DNA of 37,639 bases from Rhodoferax sp. (GTDB taxonomy: Bacteria > Pseudomonadota > Gammaproteobacteria > Burkholderiales > Burkholderiaceae_C): positions 1 to 37,639 of the forward strand of contig JAYVNF010000261.1 of assembly GCA_043758575.1 (NCBI GenBank), given 5' to 3'. Shown here piece after piece: positions 28,930 through 37,639 of the stretch. Numbering within the stretch: position 1 is the first letter of the stretch; each line of letters opens with the position of its first letter. Position numbers and translations under genes: made by a program. The notes under the pieces were generated by a model. The model saw only the letters and a list, made by a program, of their open reading frames with translations. It was not told the DNA's origin and ran no database searches.

Positions 28930-29942
28930 GGCCGCGCTGTGGCCGCGTGGCGCTGAGCTGCGGCCATGTCCTGGATCGCGCGCTCCAGCGGCACTGTCAA
29001 ACCAAGGCCCAACTCATGGCGTGCCTTGGCGATGCTGGGGATGTAGCGGTTGCGTGCACCCGCTGAGACGCCCGCTGGTGCGCCCCGCCCGCGTATATGT
29101 ACTGGCTTGGCCGGGGCCAGCAGGTCGCGCACCAGATGCGCCAGTGCGGCCATGCTGATGGCACGGTCGGAGCCCACGTTATAGGCCTGGCCGGAGCGGC
29201 CGCGGTACAGCAGTTGCAGCAGCCAATGCGCCAGATCGCGCTGGTCCATATAGGAGCGCAGCGGCAGGCCGTCGCCCTGCACCGTGATGGCCTCTGCATA
29301 CAAGGCATCGCGCACAAAGTTGCCGATGGCAAAGTGCACATCCAGCGGCAAGTCCTGGCCGACAAAGGCGAAGCAGCGTGCATTCACCACCTCCAGCCCC
29401 TCGGTCGCCCCGTCAACCGCCCCGTAGAGCGCGCACAGATGCTCGGCGGTGCGCTTGGCCAGGCCATAGGCGTTGGCCGGGTTCAGCGGATCGGGCAGGG
29501 ACAGGCGTTCTTCCGGGATCTGCTCCAGCTCTGGCGGTTGCGGGCCATAGACGGCACCGGAACTGGTGTGCAAAAAACGCCGGGCGCCGCAGGCTTGCGC
29601 CAGCTGCAGCAGGTTGCGCGTGCCCTGCACGATTTGGTCGAAACGCTGCAGGGGCGTGAGCGCCGGGCCACGCGTAGAGTCGGTGGCGGCATGCAGGATG
29701 TAGCTGAAGCGTTGGCCGTGCGGCAGCGTGGCGGCATCGCAGACATCGCCCTGATGCCAGTGCAGCCAGGCCAGACCCTGGAACTCCGGGTAGGCCTGCG
29801 CAAAGGCGTCCACCGATCGTGTGAGCACGGTCAGCTGTGCCACCGGCTCGCCGTCGCTGGCAAGCTGCAGCAGGTGGCGCAGCAGGGCGCGGCCGAAAAA
29901 CCCGGTGCCCCCGGTCAGGAGAATGGCATCTGTGTGGCGCAT
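28926..29942 (-). CDS. Extended SDR NAD-dependent epimerase/dehydratase/reductase
   Basis: LLTGGTGFFG, HAA, TSSGAVYG, catalytic YGLAK, RSYMD and YNVGS. Likely start ATG 29942. Confidence 0.9.
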   Translation of the reverse strand: MRHTDAILLTGGTGFFGRALLRHLLQLASDGEPVAQLTVLTRSVDAFAQAYPEFQGLAWLHWHQGDVCDAATLPHGQRFSYILHAATDSTRGPALTPLQRFDQIVQGTRNLLQLAQACGARRFLHTSSGAVYGPQPPELEQIPEERLSLPDPLNPANAYGLAKRTAEHLCALYGAVDGATEGLEVVNARCFAFVGQDLPLDVHFAIGNFVRDALYAEAITVQGDGLPLRSYMDQRDLAHWLLQLLYRGRSGQAYNVGSDRAISMAALAHLVRDLLAPAKPVHIRGRGAPAGVSAGARNRYIPSIAKARHELGLGLTVPLERAIQDMAAAQRHAATARP

Positions 29943-29961
29943 ACGGGGCTGACCAGCGGCC

Positions 29962-31170
29962 TCAGTACAGCAGCACCAGCGGGTTGGGCACGCGCGCACG
30001 CAGGACCTGGGCGATGGCCCCCTGCGAGCGAAACGAGGACACCAGCACCGGGACGCCAGGGCTCTGGTCTATGCAAGCGGGCGACTGGATGGTCCAGCGC
30101 CCCATGGACTTGCCCAGCAAATTGGGGTTGCTGTCTACCACCGTGTGCACCTCACTGCCGGTCATGCGCTCCAGCGCCGGCAGCAGGCGTGCAGTGTGCG
30201 AACCGGCACCGTAGACGATCAGCGGGCCGGTCGGGACTTTGGCCAGCGCCAGCGCCCACTGCGCGTTGGACTGCTGCAAATAGCGGGCAAAGGCTTCGCC
30301 GGATTCCGGCTGCAGCGGCGCTGGCGGCTGCGCGCTGGCCACACTTGCACTTGCACTTGCACTGTCGCCTTGCGCCGCCGTGCCCGGCCACTCAAAAAGC
30401 CCCAGCAGGCTGCCCGACCCCACCATGGGCAGGGCCAGCGTTTCCACCGCCAGCGTACGAGCACCCAGCGAGGCAAACAGGTTGCACAGCGACCGGCGCG
30501 AAAAAAACTGAATGTGCTCCAGCGACAACTCGCCATGCGGCTCATTGCCCTGCGCCGTGAAGCACTCAACGGCCGGCACTTCCACCAGCACCTTGCAGCC
30601 TGGGCGCAGCTTGTGCAGCAGGGCGCTCAGGTCGCTGCGCAGATTCGGAAGGTGCTCCAGCACCGCCATGCTGCACACCAGATCGACGCGGGAAAGGTCC
30701 AGCACGCGATCGGCCTCGGCCATGCTGGCCTGGTGTATCCCGTCCACGCCATAGCGCTCCAGCGCGCACTGGGCCGACAGCGGTGCCAGATCCAACCCCT
30801 GCAGTTGCTGCCAGCCGGCGGCCTTGAAGCCGCCCAGCAAGGCGCCATCGCCACAGCCGAGGTCGGCAATCACCGCATCTTTGGCAATGTGGCGCTGGCA
30901 GAACTGCACCGTCGCGTCAATGCGGGTCTGGTCCAGCACCGAGGTGGTGGCCGGCACGTCGTACTTGGAGAGCGACTGGTAGTAGCGGCCATATTGCTCA
31001 GCGACCGGCAGTTGGTGCGCAAAGTGGAAGCCGCAATGCGTGCAACTGCCGATCACGTAGCTCATGTCCAAGCCGCCTACCGCCGCCATCTGGTTGTCAA
31101 ACAGGCGCTGCACGCTGTGCTGCGCGCAAACCGGACAGTGGCGCTCACATGAGGGTGGGGTGGCGGTCAT
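29962..31170 (-). CDS. Class I SAM-dependent methyltransferase with N-terminal Zn-binding motif (NDP-sugar C-methyltransferase-like architecture)
   Basis: CPVC...CTHCG, ADLGCGDG, AVLEHL, VEVP, EHIQFFS and a C-terminal Rossmann-like VYGAG. Confidence 0.82.
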   Translation of the reverse strand: MTATPPSCERHCPVCAQHSVQRLFDNQMAAVGGLDMSYVIGSCTHCGFHFAHQLPVAEQYGRYYQSLSKYDVPATTSVLDQTRIDATVQFCQRHIAKDAVIADLGCGDGALLGGFKAAGWQQLQGLDLAPLSAQCALERYGVDGIHQASMAEADRVLDLSRVDLVCSMAVLEHLPNLRSDLSALLHKLRPGCKVLVEVPAVECFTAQGNEPHGELSLEHIQFFSRRSLCNLFASLGARTLAVETLALPMVGSGSLLGLFEWPGTAAQGDSASASASVASAQPPAPLQPESGEAFARYLQQSNAQWALALAKVPTGPLIVYGAGSHTARLLPALERMTGSEVHTVVDSNPNLLGKSMGRWTIQSPACIDQSPGVPVLVSSFRSQGAIAQVLRARVPNPLVLLY

Positions 31171-31218
31171 GGCATTGGATAGGAAGGAGGTGCAGGAAGT
31201 AGGGCTGTCGGGGTGGCA

Positions 31219-31983
31219 TCACTTCTTGATGAAAATAGCATGGCCATTCAGGTTGTGCAGAAAGACCAGGGAGCGGTCGCTGCGCAACTCGTTGACGTAA
31301 CGCGTCACGCCCTCACAACCCAGGAAGCCATAGTCATCAAACACAATCGCCCCGCCCGGGCTTAGGCGCGGCAGCGTCCACTGCACCACATCGTGGGCCG
31401 AGGAGTAGACATCCACATCGCAGTGCAACAAGGCTATCGGCCCTTCGATCTGGTCGGCCGTGTCGTCCGGAAATATGCCTTGCAGCAAGCTGGCGTTGTG
31501 CAGGTCCATGCCCTGCAGCAGCCCCCGCACGATGTCCACCGAGGTGTCGGCGTGCTCACCGCCCACATAGGCGGTGTCCTGGGCGCCGGCCTTGACCACA
31601 CCGGTGAAGGTATCCGCCAGAAAAACCGCCTTGCCCGGCACCTGGGCCGCCGCCGCGGCCAAGAGCGCGCCGGTGCCACCGCGCCACACGCCCACTTCCA
31701 GAAAAGCTCCGTCCACTGCGGCCATTTGCCAGGCCAATGTCCAGAGTTCGTAGCAGCGGTACAGGTCGACCAGGGTGTGTTCGCGCATCGCCTGGTGCAC
31801 ACGCATAAATCCGGCGTCATTCAACCAGGGGCTGTAGGTGGCAAAGGGCAGGACCCGGTCATGCGGAACGTCCGGTGATTTTTCGGAGCGCCAGGCACCA
31901 AAGCTGCGGATGACACCATAGGCATCGCGAATGGTCTGCTTTTCTTGCGGGCCGGGGGCCTGGCGCAACGCGGTCTGGGTCAT
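31219..31983 (-). CDS. TylF/MycF/NovP-family sugar O-methyltransferase
   Basis: LEVGVWRGG, ADTFTG, LLHCDVDVYSS and GGAIVFDDYG. Confidence 0.88.
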   Translation of the reverse strand: MTQTALRQAPGPQEKQTIRDAYGVIRSFGAWRSEKSPDVPHDRVLPFATYSPWLNDAGFMRVHQAMREHTLVDLYRCYELWTLAWQMAAVDGAFLEVGVWRGGTGALLAAAAAQVPGKAVFLADTFTGVVKAGAQDTAYVGGEHADTSVDIVRGLLQGMDLHNASLLQGIFPDDTADQIEGPIALLHCDVDVYSSAHDVVQWTLPRLSPGGAIVFDDYGFLGCEGVTRYVNELRSDRSLVFLHNLNGHAIFIKK

Positions 31984-32027
31984 GGTGGCTTCCTGCTCTG
32001 GTGTGGGGTGGAATGAAATGGGGGTGC

Positions 32028-33188
32028 TTAGTTGGGCACGGCGTACAGCACCGAATCAAAACTGTTGCCGTAGTGCTGGCGAATGAACAGCGCATAGCCC
32101 TCGCACAGCGAGGCCAGCAGCTCGGGCAGGGCCCAGATGTCCTGCGGGCGGTGGTAGAGGGAAATCGCCAGCACCGGGTGCGAGCGTTGGATCAGCTGGC
32201 GCGCACCCCGCAGCGCCTGCACTTCGGCGCCCTCTACATCGAGCTTGATGAAGTCCACGCTTTCGCCACACAGCATGTCGTCCAGCGCCGCTGCGGCAAT
32301 GTGCTGGCTGCCGCTCTCAGAAATGGCCGCACCCTCGCCGGCTCCAGCGGAAAAGGACAGCATCTGGTAGCCATCCGACAAGGCCAAGGGCAGGCACAGC
32401 GCCCGGCCCTTGTGCCCAGCGCTGGCTTGCGCGTCGCGGCCCTGCACCTGGCGCAGCAGGGCCTGGTAGTTGTCGGCATCTGGCTCGAACAGGTAGGCGC
32501 TCTGCACCTCGGTCAGGCCGCACAGCTCGGCATAGGTGTCGCCGTTGTAGGCACCACCGTCCACATAGCGCAGGCTGCGCCCGGCCAGGGGGGGCAGGGT
32601 CAGGGCGTTGAAGTACTGGTTGTCGCTGTGGCGAAAGCCGGCGTAGTCCAGCTTCAGGCCCAGGCGGAACTCGCAGATGTCGGCCAGGCAGCGTTGGCTG
32701 CTGGCGTCGGCCAGGCTCGCAAACGTGCGCTCCAGGGCGGGCAGCTGCTCCAGCAGGGTCTGCGCATCGCTGAGCCAGTAGCGCCAGCCCAGCTGGGCCT
32801 GGAACTGGCTGTAGATGTCCCAGGGCATGAAGATGTCGCGGGCGCCCGCAGAACGGGCCAGGTCGTGCAGCACATCAAAGGGCATGCCGCGGTTGAAGAT
32901 GCCCAGCACCAGCTGCGCGCTCTGTGCCGCATGGGGCACTTGGGCCCACTGCTGCCAGTCGCGCACCGGCAGGCCCATCGCCTGGGCGGCCGTGGGGCGG
33001 GTCTCGACAAAGCCGCGCACGCCAAAACCCTGGCCCTGCAGAATCGCACAGACATCGCGGCCAAACTGGCCGGCGCCAAAAATCCACACCTCGCGCGCCA
33101 CCTCCAGGCGGCGCGTGGGCAGCGCGGCATGGCGCTCGCCCAGGCTCTGGATGCGCTGCAGATCGCTCTGTGGTTCAGGCTGTGGCAT
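32028..33188 (-). CDS. FkbM-family methyltransferase
   Basis: VDGGAYNGDT, FEPDADN, FIKLDVEGAE and LAISLYH, with N-terminal WIFGAG. Confidence 0.88.
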   Translation of the reverse strand: MPQPEPQSDLQRIQSLGERHAALPTRRLEVAREVWIFGAGQFGRDVCAILQGQGFGVRGFVETRPTAAQAMGLPVRDWQQWAQVPHAAQSAQLVLGIFNRGMPFDVLHDLARSAGARDIFMPWDIYSQFQAQLGWRYWLSDAQTLLEQLPALERTFASLADASSQRCLADICEFRLGLKLDYAGFRHSDNQYFNALTLPPLAGRSLRYVDGGAYNGDTYAELCGLTEVQSAYLFEPDADNYQALLRQVQGRDAQASAGHKGRALCLPLALSDGYQMLSFSAGAGEGAAISESGSQHIAAAALDDMLCGESVDFIKLDVEGAEVQALRGARQLIQRSHPVLAISLYHRPQDIWALPELLASLCEGYALFIRQHYGNSFDSVLYAVPN

Positions 33189-35058
33189 GGCGTTCCTGGG
33201 CCCGGATGCGCGCGGCCGAGGCGGCCACGGCCTGCACTTCGCCGGGCTTTAAAAAGGGATGCATATCGTCCAGCTCGGGGGTGATGAATTTGCCGTCCTC
33301 GCCCACGCGCGACTTGGTGCGCGGCGCAAACTCCTGGCGCGGGTCCACCACCACGTCGATCAGCAAGGGGCCGTCCTCGGCCATGAGCTGGTCCAGGCGC
33401 GCCAGATCGGCCACGTTGCTGATACGGGCGGTGCGCAAACCGTAGGCCGCACCCACAGCGGTGTAGTCCGGAAACTCCACGCCCGAGGCCGGTGTGGCAC
33501 CAATCACCTTGCCAAAGAAGTTTTCATGGGTCTGCCAGATCGACAAATAGCCGCCGTTGTTGAGCACCACGATGATGAGATTGCGCTGCGTGGTTTTGAG
33601 GGTCTGCAATTCCTGCACATTCATCTGCAGGCTGCCGTCGCCGGCAAAACAAATCACGCGCCGGTTCTGCCCATCGGGTGAGGCAAACGAGGCGCCCAGC
33701 GCCGCCGGCAGGTCATAGCCCATGGAGGCGGAACCGGAGTTGCTGAACAGGCGCTGACCAGCTTGCAAATGGCCGATCTGGAACGGCAGTATGCAGGCCG
33801 AGGCGTTGCCGCAGGCCACCACGTCGTCCGCGCGCAGGCTGCGAAAAATGCGGTCCACCACCCCATAGGGGTTCAGCGGACCCTCTGCCGCTTGCTGGTG
33901 CTCACGGCGCACGTCGTACTGCACACCGATGTCGCGGCACCACTGGGCCCAGGGGCTGTAGTCCGGCAGGGCGTGTGCCTGCAGAGCGTGGGCCTGCAGG
34001 CAGGCGGCCAGGGTCTGCAAGAACTGCAGCGCATCGGCAGCCACGCTGAGGTCGGCCTTGACGCCGGGCTTGCTGAGTTCGGCGACGTCCACATCGACAT
34101 GCGCCACCCAGGCGTTTTTGGCGAAGGAGTCCCAGTTGTAGCTGGTCTGGCGGATGTTCAGGCGCGAGCCTATGACCAAAACGAAGTCCGCGTTTTGCAG
34201 ACAAAAATTTCCGGGGCGCGTACCTATGGTGCCGGGGCGCCCGGCAAACAGCGGATGGTCCGAGGCAATCAGGTCATGCGTCCAGGCCGTCGCCAGGGGA
34301 ATGCCCAGGGCCTCGACCTGCTGCATCAGGGCCGGCAGCGCACCGGCCAGGCGCACCCCGGTGCCGCCCAGAATCAGCGGGCGGTGCGCGCGTTTCAGTT
34401 GTTCGATGATGCGCTCGCAGCTGGCCACCAAAGCGGCGGAGGCAGGACACGCCTCGTCCGGGCTGTGCTGGAGGCCTGGTGCCAGGTTGCTTCCCAGGCC
34501 ACTCTGCAGGTCGGGGATCTCCAGTGCCTCGGTGGCGGACTGCACGTCCAGTGGAATATCCAGCCAGACCGGCCCGGGCCGCCCCGACATCGCCAGCGCC
34601 AGCGCGGCCGGCAGGGCCTCTACCAGGTCGGAGGCCTGGCGGATCAGCACCGCGCTTTTACAGACCGACCGGGCCATGGCAATGGTGGGCCCCTCCTGAT
34701 CCCCGAGCTGGCGCAGCGCTGGCAGGTCCTGGAAGGACAAGCAGGTTTCGCGTTTGACCTGGCCCGAAATCACCAGCATGGGAATCGAGTCGGTGTAGGC
34801 CCCGAACACGCCGTTCAGGGCGTTCACCGCGCCAGGGCCGGTGGTAAGCATCACCACGGCCGGCTTGCCACTGATGCGCGCATAGCCCTCGGCCGCCATG
34901 GCACAGGCCTGCTCGTGGTGCATAAAGGTGCAGCGCAGGCCTGGGTGGCCCCCCAGAGACTGGTTCAAAAACATGGAGCCGCCACCGGTCACGGTGAACA
35001 CCTGCTCCAGCCCCTGGCGCACCAGCCAGTCGGCAATAAAGTCGGTCGCGCGCTTCAT
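33175..35058 (-). CDS. Thiamine-diphosphate-dependent carboligase (ALS-like fold, YerE-like role inferred)
   Basis: HHEQACAMAAEGYAR, TTGPGAVN, SGRPGPVWLDIPLD, SMGYDLPAALGA and the ThDP motif GDGS...NN. Lies inside a nucleotide-sugar operon. Confidence 0.88.
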   Translation of the reverse strand: MKRATDFIADWLVRQGLEQVFTVTGGGSMFLNQSLGGHPGLRCTFMHHEQACAMAAEGYARISGKPAVVMLTTGPGAVNALNGVFGAYTDSIPMLVISGQVKRETCLSFQDLPALRQLGDQEGPTIAMARSVCKSAVLIRQASDLVEALPAALALAMSGRPGPVWLDIPLDVQSATEALEIPDLQSGLGSNLAPGLQHSPDEACPASAALVASCERIIEQLKRAHRPLILGGTGVRLAGALPALMQQVEALGIPLATAWTHDLIASDHPLFAGRPGTIGTRPGNFCLQNADFVLVIGSRLNIRQTSYNWDSFAKNAWVAHVDVDVAELSKPGVKADLSVAADALQFLQTLAACLQAHALQAHALPDYSPWAQWCRDIGVQYDVRREHQQAAEGPLNPYGVVDRIFRSLRADDVVACGNASACILPFQIGHLQAGQRLFSNSGSASMGYDLPAALGASFASPDGQNRRVICFAGDGSLQMNVQELQTLKTTQRNLIIVVLNNGGYLSIWQTHENFFGKVIGATPASGVEFPDYTAVGAAYGLRTARISNVADLARLDQLMAEDGPLLIDVVVDPRQEFAPRTKSRVGEDGKFITPELDDMHPFLKPGEVQAVAASAARIRAQERHATA

Positions 35059-36168
35059 TTACAGCCCACGGTTGAGGATGAATTCTTTCAGTCCGGCGTT
35101 CTGGCTGTAAGGGCCGCCCACGTGGTCGATGGTCAGCGGGCCGTCGGCCTTGATCTCGCTGGTCAGGCGCTCGCCGCTCATGATTTCACGGCAGGACAGC
35201 TGGCCTTTGCGCAAGGGAATGGCCAAATAGAAATCGCGCTCGAAGCTGTCTTTGGTGAACACATAGCCGGGTGCTATGTCGCGCTTGGCGTAGGCGCCGC
35301 GCACCAGCGCGTCCAGGTACTGCACCTCTTTCTTGGAAATGATGCGCTTGGAGCGGCTGCGCCCACCGCACATTTCCGCGGCCTTGCGGAAGGCCTTGAA
35401 CCAGGTATCGCACTGGTGCGGCAGCGAGCAGTACGAGGACACGGCCACGCCCTCGTAGTCAATGTCCACATGGCGCTCCCAGCTGCGCGCGCCCTTGCCG
35501 TAGGAGATCAGCATGGAGGACTGCCAGTCGTGGTACTCATGGGTGGACAGGCCCACCACGTGGTTGGGGTAGCGGGCCGTCAGGTAGTCGATCTGGTCGA
35601 GCTCAAGCTCGCCGTCTTCCGAGGGGTAAAGCGAGACGCAGTGGTTGATGGCCAGCGGGATGTCGCGCTTCTCGTAGAAGCTGACCAGGTCGTCCAGGTC
35701 TTTTTCCGAGGCGCCGCCGGTGGAGACAATCGTAGGCCGGCGGGTGGAGGCGATTTTCTCGATCAGGACCCAGTCGTTCATGTCGGAGCTGGCGATCTTG
35801 ATGATGGGCATGTCGAACTCCACGCACAGGTCCACCGAGGCCTCGTCAAACGGCGTGGCCATGGGGATGCAGCTGAGCGAGCGGATTTCTTCCACCATGC
35901 GGGCGAAGTCCGATTTGCTGAGCTTGGTGTCCTCGGTCTTCTTGATGTAGCGGTGCTCCGAGCTGCCTTTGAACTCGGGATGGATGAATTCATCCACATC
36001 GCGGAACTGCAGCTTGATGGCCGCCTTGACATTGTTGTAGCGGACTATGGCCGCGTGCTCGCGGATGATCTTCAGGCCGCGCTCGAGTTTGCCCCAGTGG
36101 TTGTTGGCCAGCTCCAGGACAAAAAAGTTTTCGAACAAGTCGCGGTCACGTTGACTGATATGGCCCAT
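35059..36168 (-). CDS. NeuB/SpsE-family PEP-dependent synthase with C-terminal SAF-like domain (divergent)
   Basis: ELANNHWG, IKLQ, TPFD, KIASSD, STG, HCVSLYP, GLSTHE and ERH. Confidence 0.85.
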   Translation of the reverse strand: MGHISQRDRDLFENFFVLELANNHWGKLERGLKIIREHAAIVRYNNVKAAIKLQFRDVDEFIHPEFKGSSEHRYIKKTEDTKLSKSDFARMVEEIRSLSCIPMATPFDEASVDLCVEFDMPIIKIASSDMNDWVLIEKIASTRRPTIVSTGGASEKDLDDLVSFYEKRDIPLAINHCVSLYPSEDGELELDQIDYLTARYPNHVVGLSTHEYHDWQSSMLISYGKGARSWERHVDIDYEGVAVSSYCSLPHQCDTWFKAFRKAAEMCGGRSRSKRIISKKEVQYLDALVRGAYAKRDIAPGYVFTKDSFERDFYLAIPLRKGQLSCREIMSGERLTSEIKADGPLTIDHVGGPYSQNAGLKEFILNRGL

Positions 36169-36189
36169 TATTTTTACTCCTGCCTTGTA

Positions 36190-37503
36190 CTAAAAATTCA
36201 CGCCCAGATAGGACTCGATCTTGCGTGCCGCAAATTCCAGCATTTCCCGGGTCAGTGCCGGCTGCACGCCAATCCAGAAGGTGTGGTTCATGACCCGGTC
36301 GGTGTTGGTCAGTGCGCCACTGACCCGGTACGCAGCCCCAACCATATAAGGTTGGCGCGTCAGGTTTCCCGCGAAAAGCAGGCGAGTTCCCACCTTGTTC
36401 TGGTCTAAGTAGGTGAGCAAATCGAGTCTGGAAGCCGGGCAACTGTCCTTGAGCGTGATGGGAAAACCAAACCAGGACGGGTCCGAGTGCTCGGTGGCCA
36501 CGGGCAGGTGCAGAAATTCTTCGCAGGCTTTCAGGCGCTCTTTGAGAAACGCAAAGTTGGCCTTGCGTGCAGCGATGAACTGCTCGGCCTTGTCCAGCTG
36601 CGCTACGCCACAGGCCGCCTGCATGTCGGTGATCTTGAGGTTGTAGCCCAGGTGGCTGTAGGTGTACTTGTGGTCGTAGCCCGCGGGCAAATCGCCCAGC
36701 TTCTGGCAGAAGCGCTTGCCGCAGGTGTTGTCCTTGCCAGGTTGGCAGTAGCAGTCACGGCCCCAGTCGCGAAAGCTTTCGGCAATGGTCTTGAGCTGGT
36801 CGTTGTTTGTGAACACCGCCCCGCCCTCGCCCATGGTGATGTGGTGGGCCGGGTAAAAACTCAGGGTGGCAATGTCGCCAAAAGTGCCCACCATCTGCCC
36901 GCGGTAGGTGCTGCCCAGGGCGTCGCAGCAGTCCTCTATGAGCCACAGGCCGTGCTGCTTGCATAGAGCCGTGACCACGTCCAGGTTGAACGGGTTGCCC
37001 AGGCTGTGGGCCAGCATGATGGCTTTGGTCTTGGGGCCTATGGCGGCCTCGATCAAGCTGGCGTCGATGTTGTGGGTGAGCGGGTCCACGTCCACAAACA
37101 CCGGCACCGCACCGAACTGCAGAATCGGATTCACCGTGGTCGGGAAACCGGCGGCCACGCCGATCACCTCGTCGCCTTTTTGAATGGCGCGGGCGCCCAG
37201 GGCCGGCGAGGTCAGCGTGCTAAAGGCCACCAGGTTGGCAGACGAGCCCGAGTTCACCGTGATCAAGTGCTTCACACCGATAAAGGCGGCCAGCTTTTTC
37301 TCGAATTCGGCGTTGAAGCGTCCGGTGGTGAGCCAGCCGTCCAGGCTGGCCTCCACCATGTTCTTGAGCTCGGCCGCGTCCAGCAGCTTGCCCGAAGGCG
37401 GCACGGCGCTCAGGCCCGGCAAAAAGGGTTGCGGCGCCAAGGACAGGGCTGCATATTGCTCTACCAGTGCGGCAATGGCCGCGCGTATCTCTTCTTTGTT
37501 CAC
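36190..37503 (-). CDS. rfbH: CDP-4-keto-6-deoxy-D-glucose 3-dehydrase (E1)
   Basis: 437 aa from a GTG start. [14 protein letters not shown] has His in place of the aminotransferase Lys; Fe-S cysteines in RDCYC...NTC; [15 protein letters not shown]. Confidence 0.95.
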   Translation of the reverse strand: MNKEEIRAAIAALVEQYAALSLAPQPFLPGLSAVPPSGKLLDAAELKNMVEASLDGWLTTGRFNAEFEKKLAAFIGVKHLITVNSGSSANLVAFSTLTSPALGARAIQKGDEVIGVAAGFPTTVNPILQFGAVPVFVDVDPLTHNIDASLIEAAIGPKTKAIMLAHSLGNPFNLDVVTALCKQHGLWLIEDCCDALGSTYRGQMVGTFGDIATLSFYPAHHITMGEGGAVFTNNDQLKTIAESFRDWGRDCYCQPGKDNTCGKRFCQKLGDLPAGYDHKYTYSHLGYNLKITDMQAACGVAQLDKAEQFIAARKANFAFLKERLKACEEFLHLPVATEHSDPSWFGFPITLKDSCPASRLDLLTYLDQNKVGTRLLFAGNLTRQPYMVGAAYRVSGALTNTDRVMNHTFWIGVQPALTREMLEFAARKIESYLGVNF

Positions 37504-37639
37504 GCGAGTGCCTCGTAAGCTTCTATATCGGATTGGCACAGCGCCAGGGCGCTCTCACCCAGGTGCTGTGCGCGGTACCAGGCCATGCTGCGCTGCAGGG
37601 TCTGCTGCAGCGTCCAGCGCGGGCGAAAGCCCAGCAGGC
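37500..37639 (-). CDS. rfbG: 3' end of probable CDP-glucose 4,6-dehydratase (partial)
   Basis: Own translation [23 protein letters not shown]...[13 protein letters not shown], with the stop overlapping the rfbH GTG. Matches the typical RfbG C-terminus and gene order. Confidence 0.75.
   Translation of the reverse strand, partial: LLGFRPRWTLQQTLQRSMAWYRAQHLGESALALCQSDIEAYEALA

Noticed and set aside
33175-35058. Housekeeping acetolactate synthase ilvB/ilvI
   Set aside because: No regulatory small subunit or other ilv genes nearby; the gene is translationally packed within a nucleotide-sugar operon.
35059-36168. Standard sialic, pseudaminic or legionaminic acid pathway
   Set aside because: No neuA/neuC, pse, leg or maf genes in the window, and the motifs are divergent. 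It cannot be fully excluded because the 5' part of the operon is outside the window.
36190-37503. DegT/DnrJ sugar aminotransferase
   Set aside because: His replaces the Schiff-base Lys and Fe-S cysteines are present, which is diagnostic of the E1 dehydrase RfbH.

Overview
High-GC betaproteobacterial DNA, most similar in gene order and sequence style to Comamonadaceae such as Rhodoferax (an inference, not a database result). It is a motility locus with three parts. (1) Chemotaxis genes on the minus strand (a CheZ-like small gene, cheY, cheA and the start of a probable cheW), divergent from a sensor-less REC-histidine kinase plus a NarL-type regulator. (2) The flagellar block fliF-G-H-I-J-K-L-M-N-O-P-Q-R, fliE, fliD-S-T and two divergent 270-aa flagellins. 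(3) A flagellin glycosylation island: a 2214-aa protein with three tandem TPR + GT41 (OGT/SPINDLY-like) modules and a fourth GT-like domain, convergent with a sugar operon (rfbG, rfbH, NeuB-like synthase, ThDP enzyme, three methyltransferases, SDR, HAD phosphatase). That operon plausibly makes a methylated, long C4-branched 3,6-dideoxy sugar. Two intergenic regions between convergent genes carry a composite repeat whose long hairpins have different stems but share a conserved 27-nt loop with a compensatory base change.
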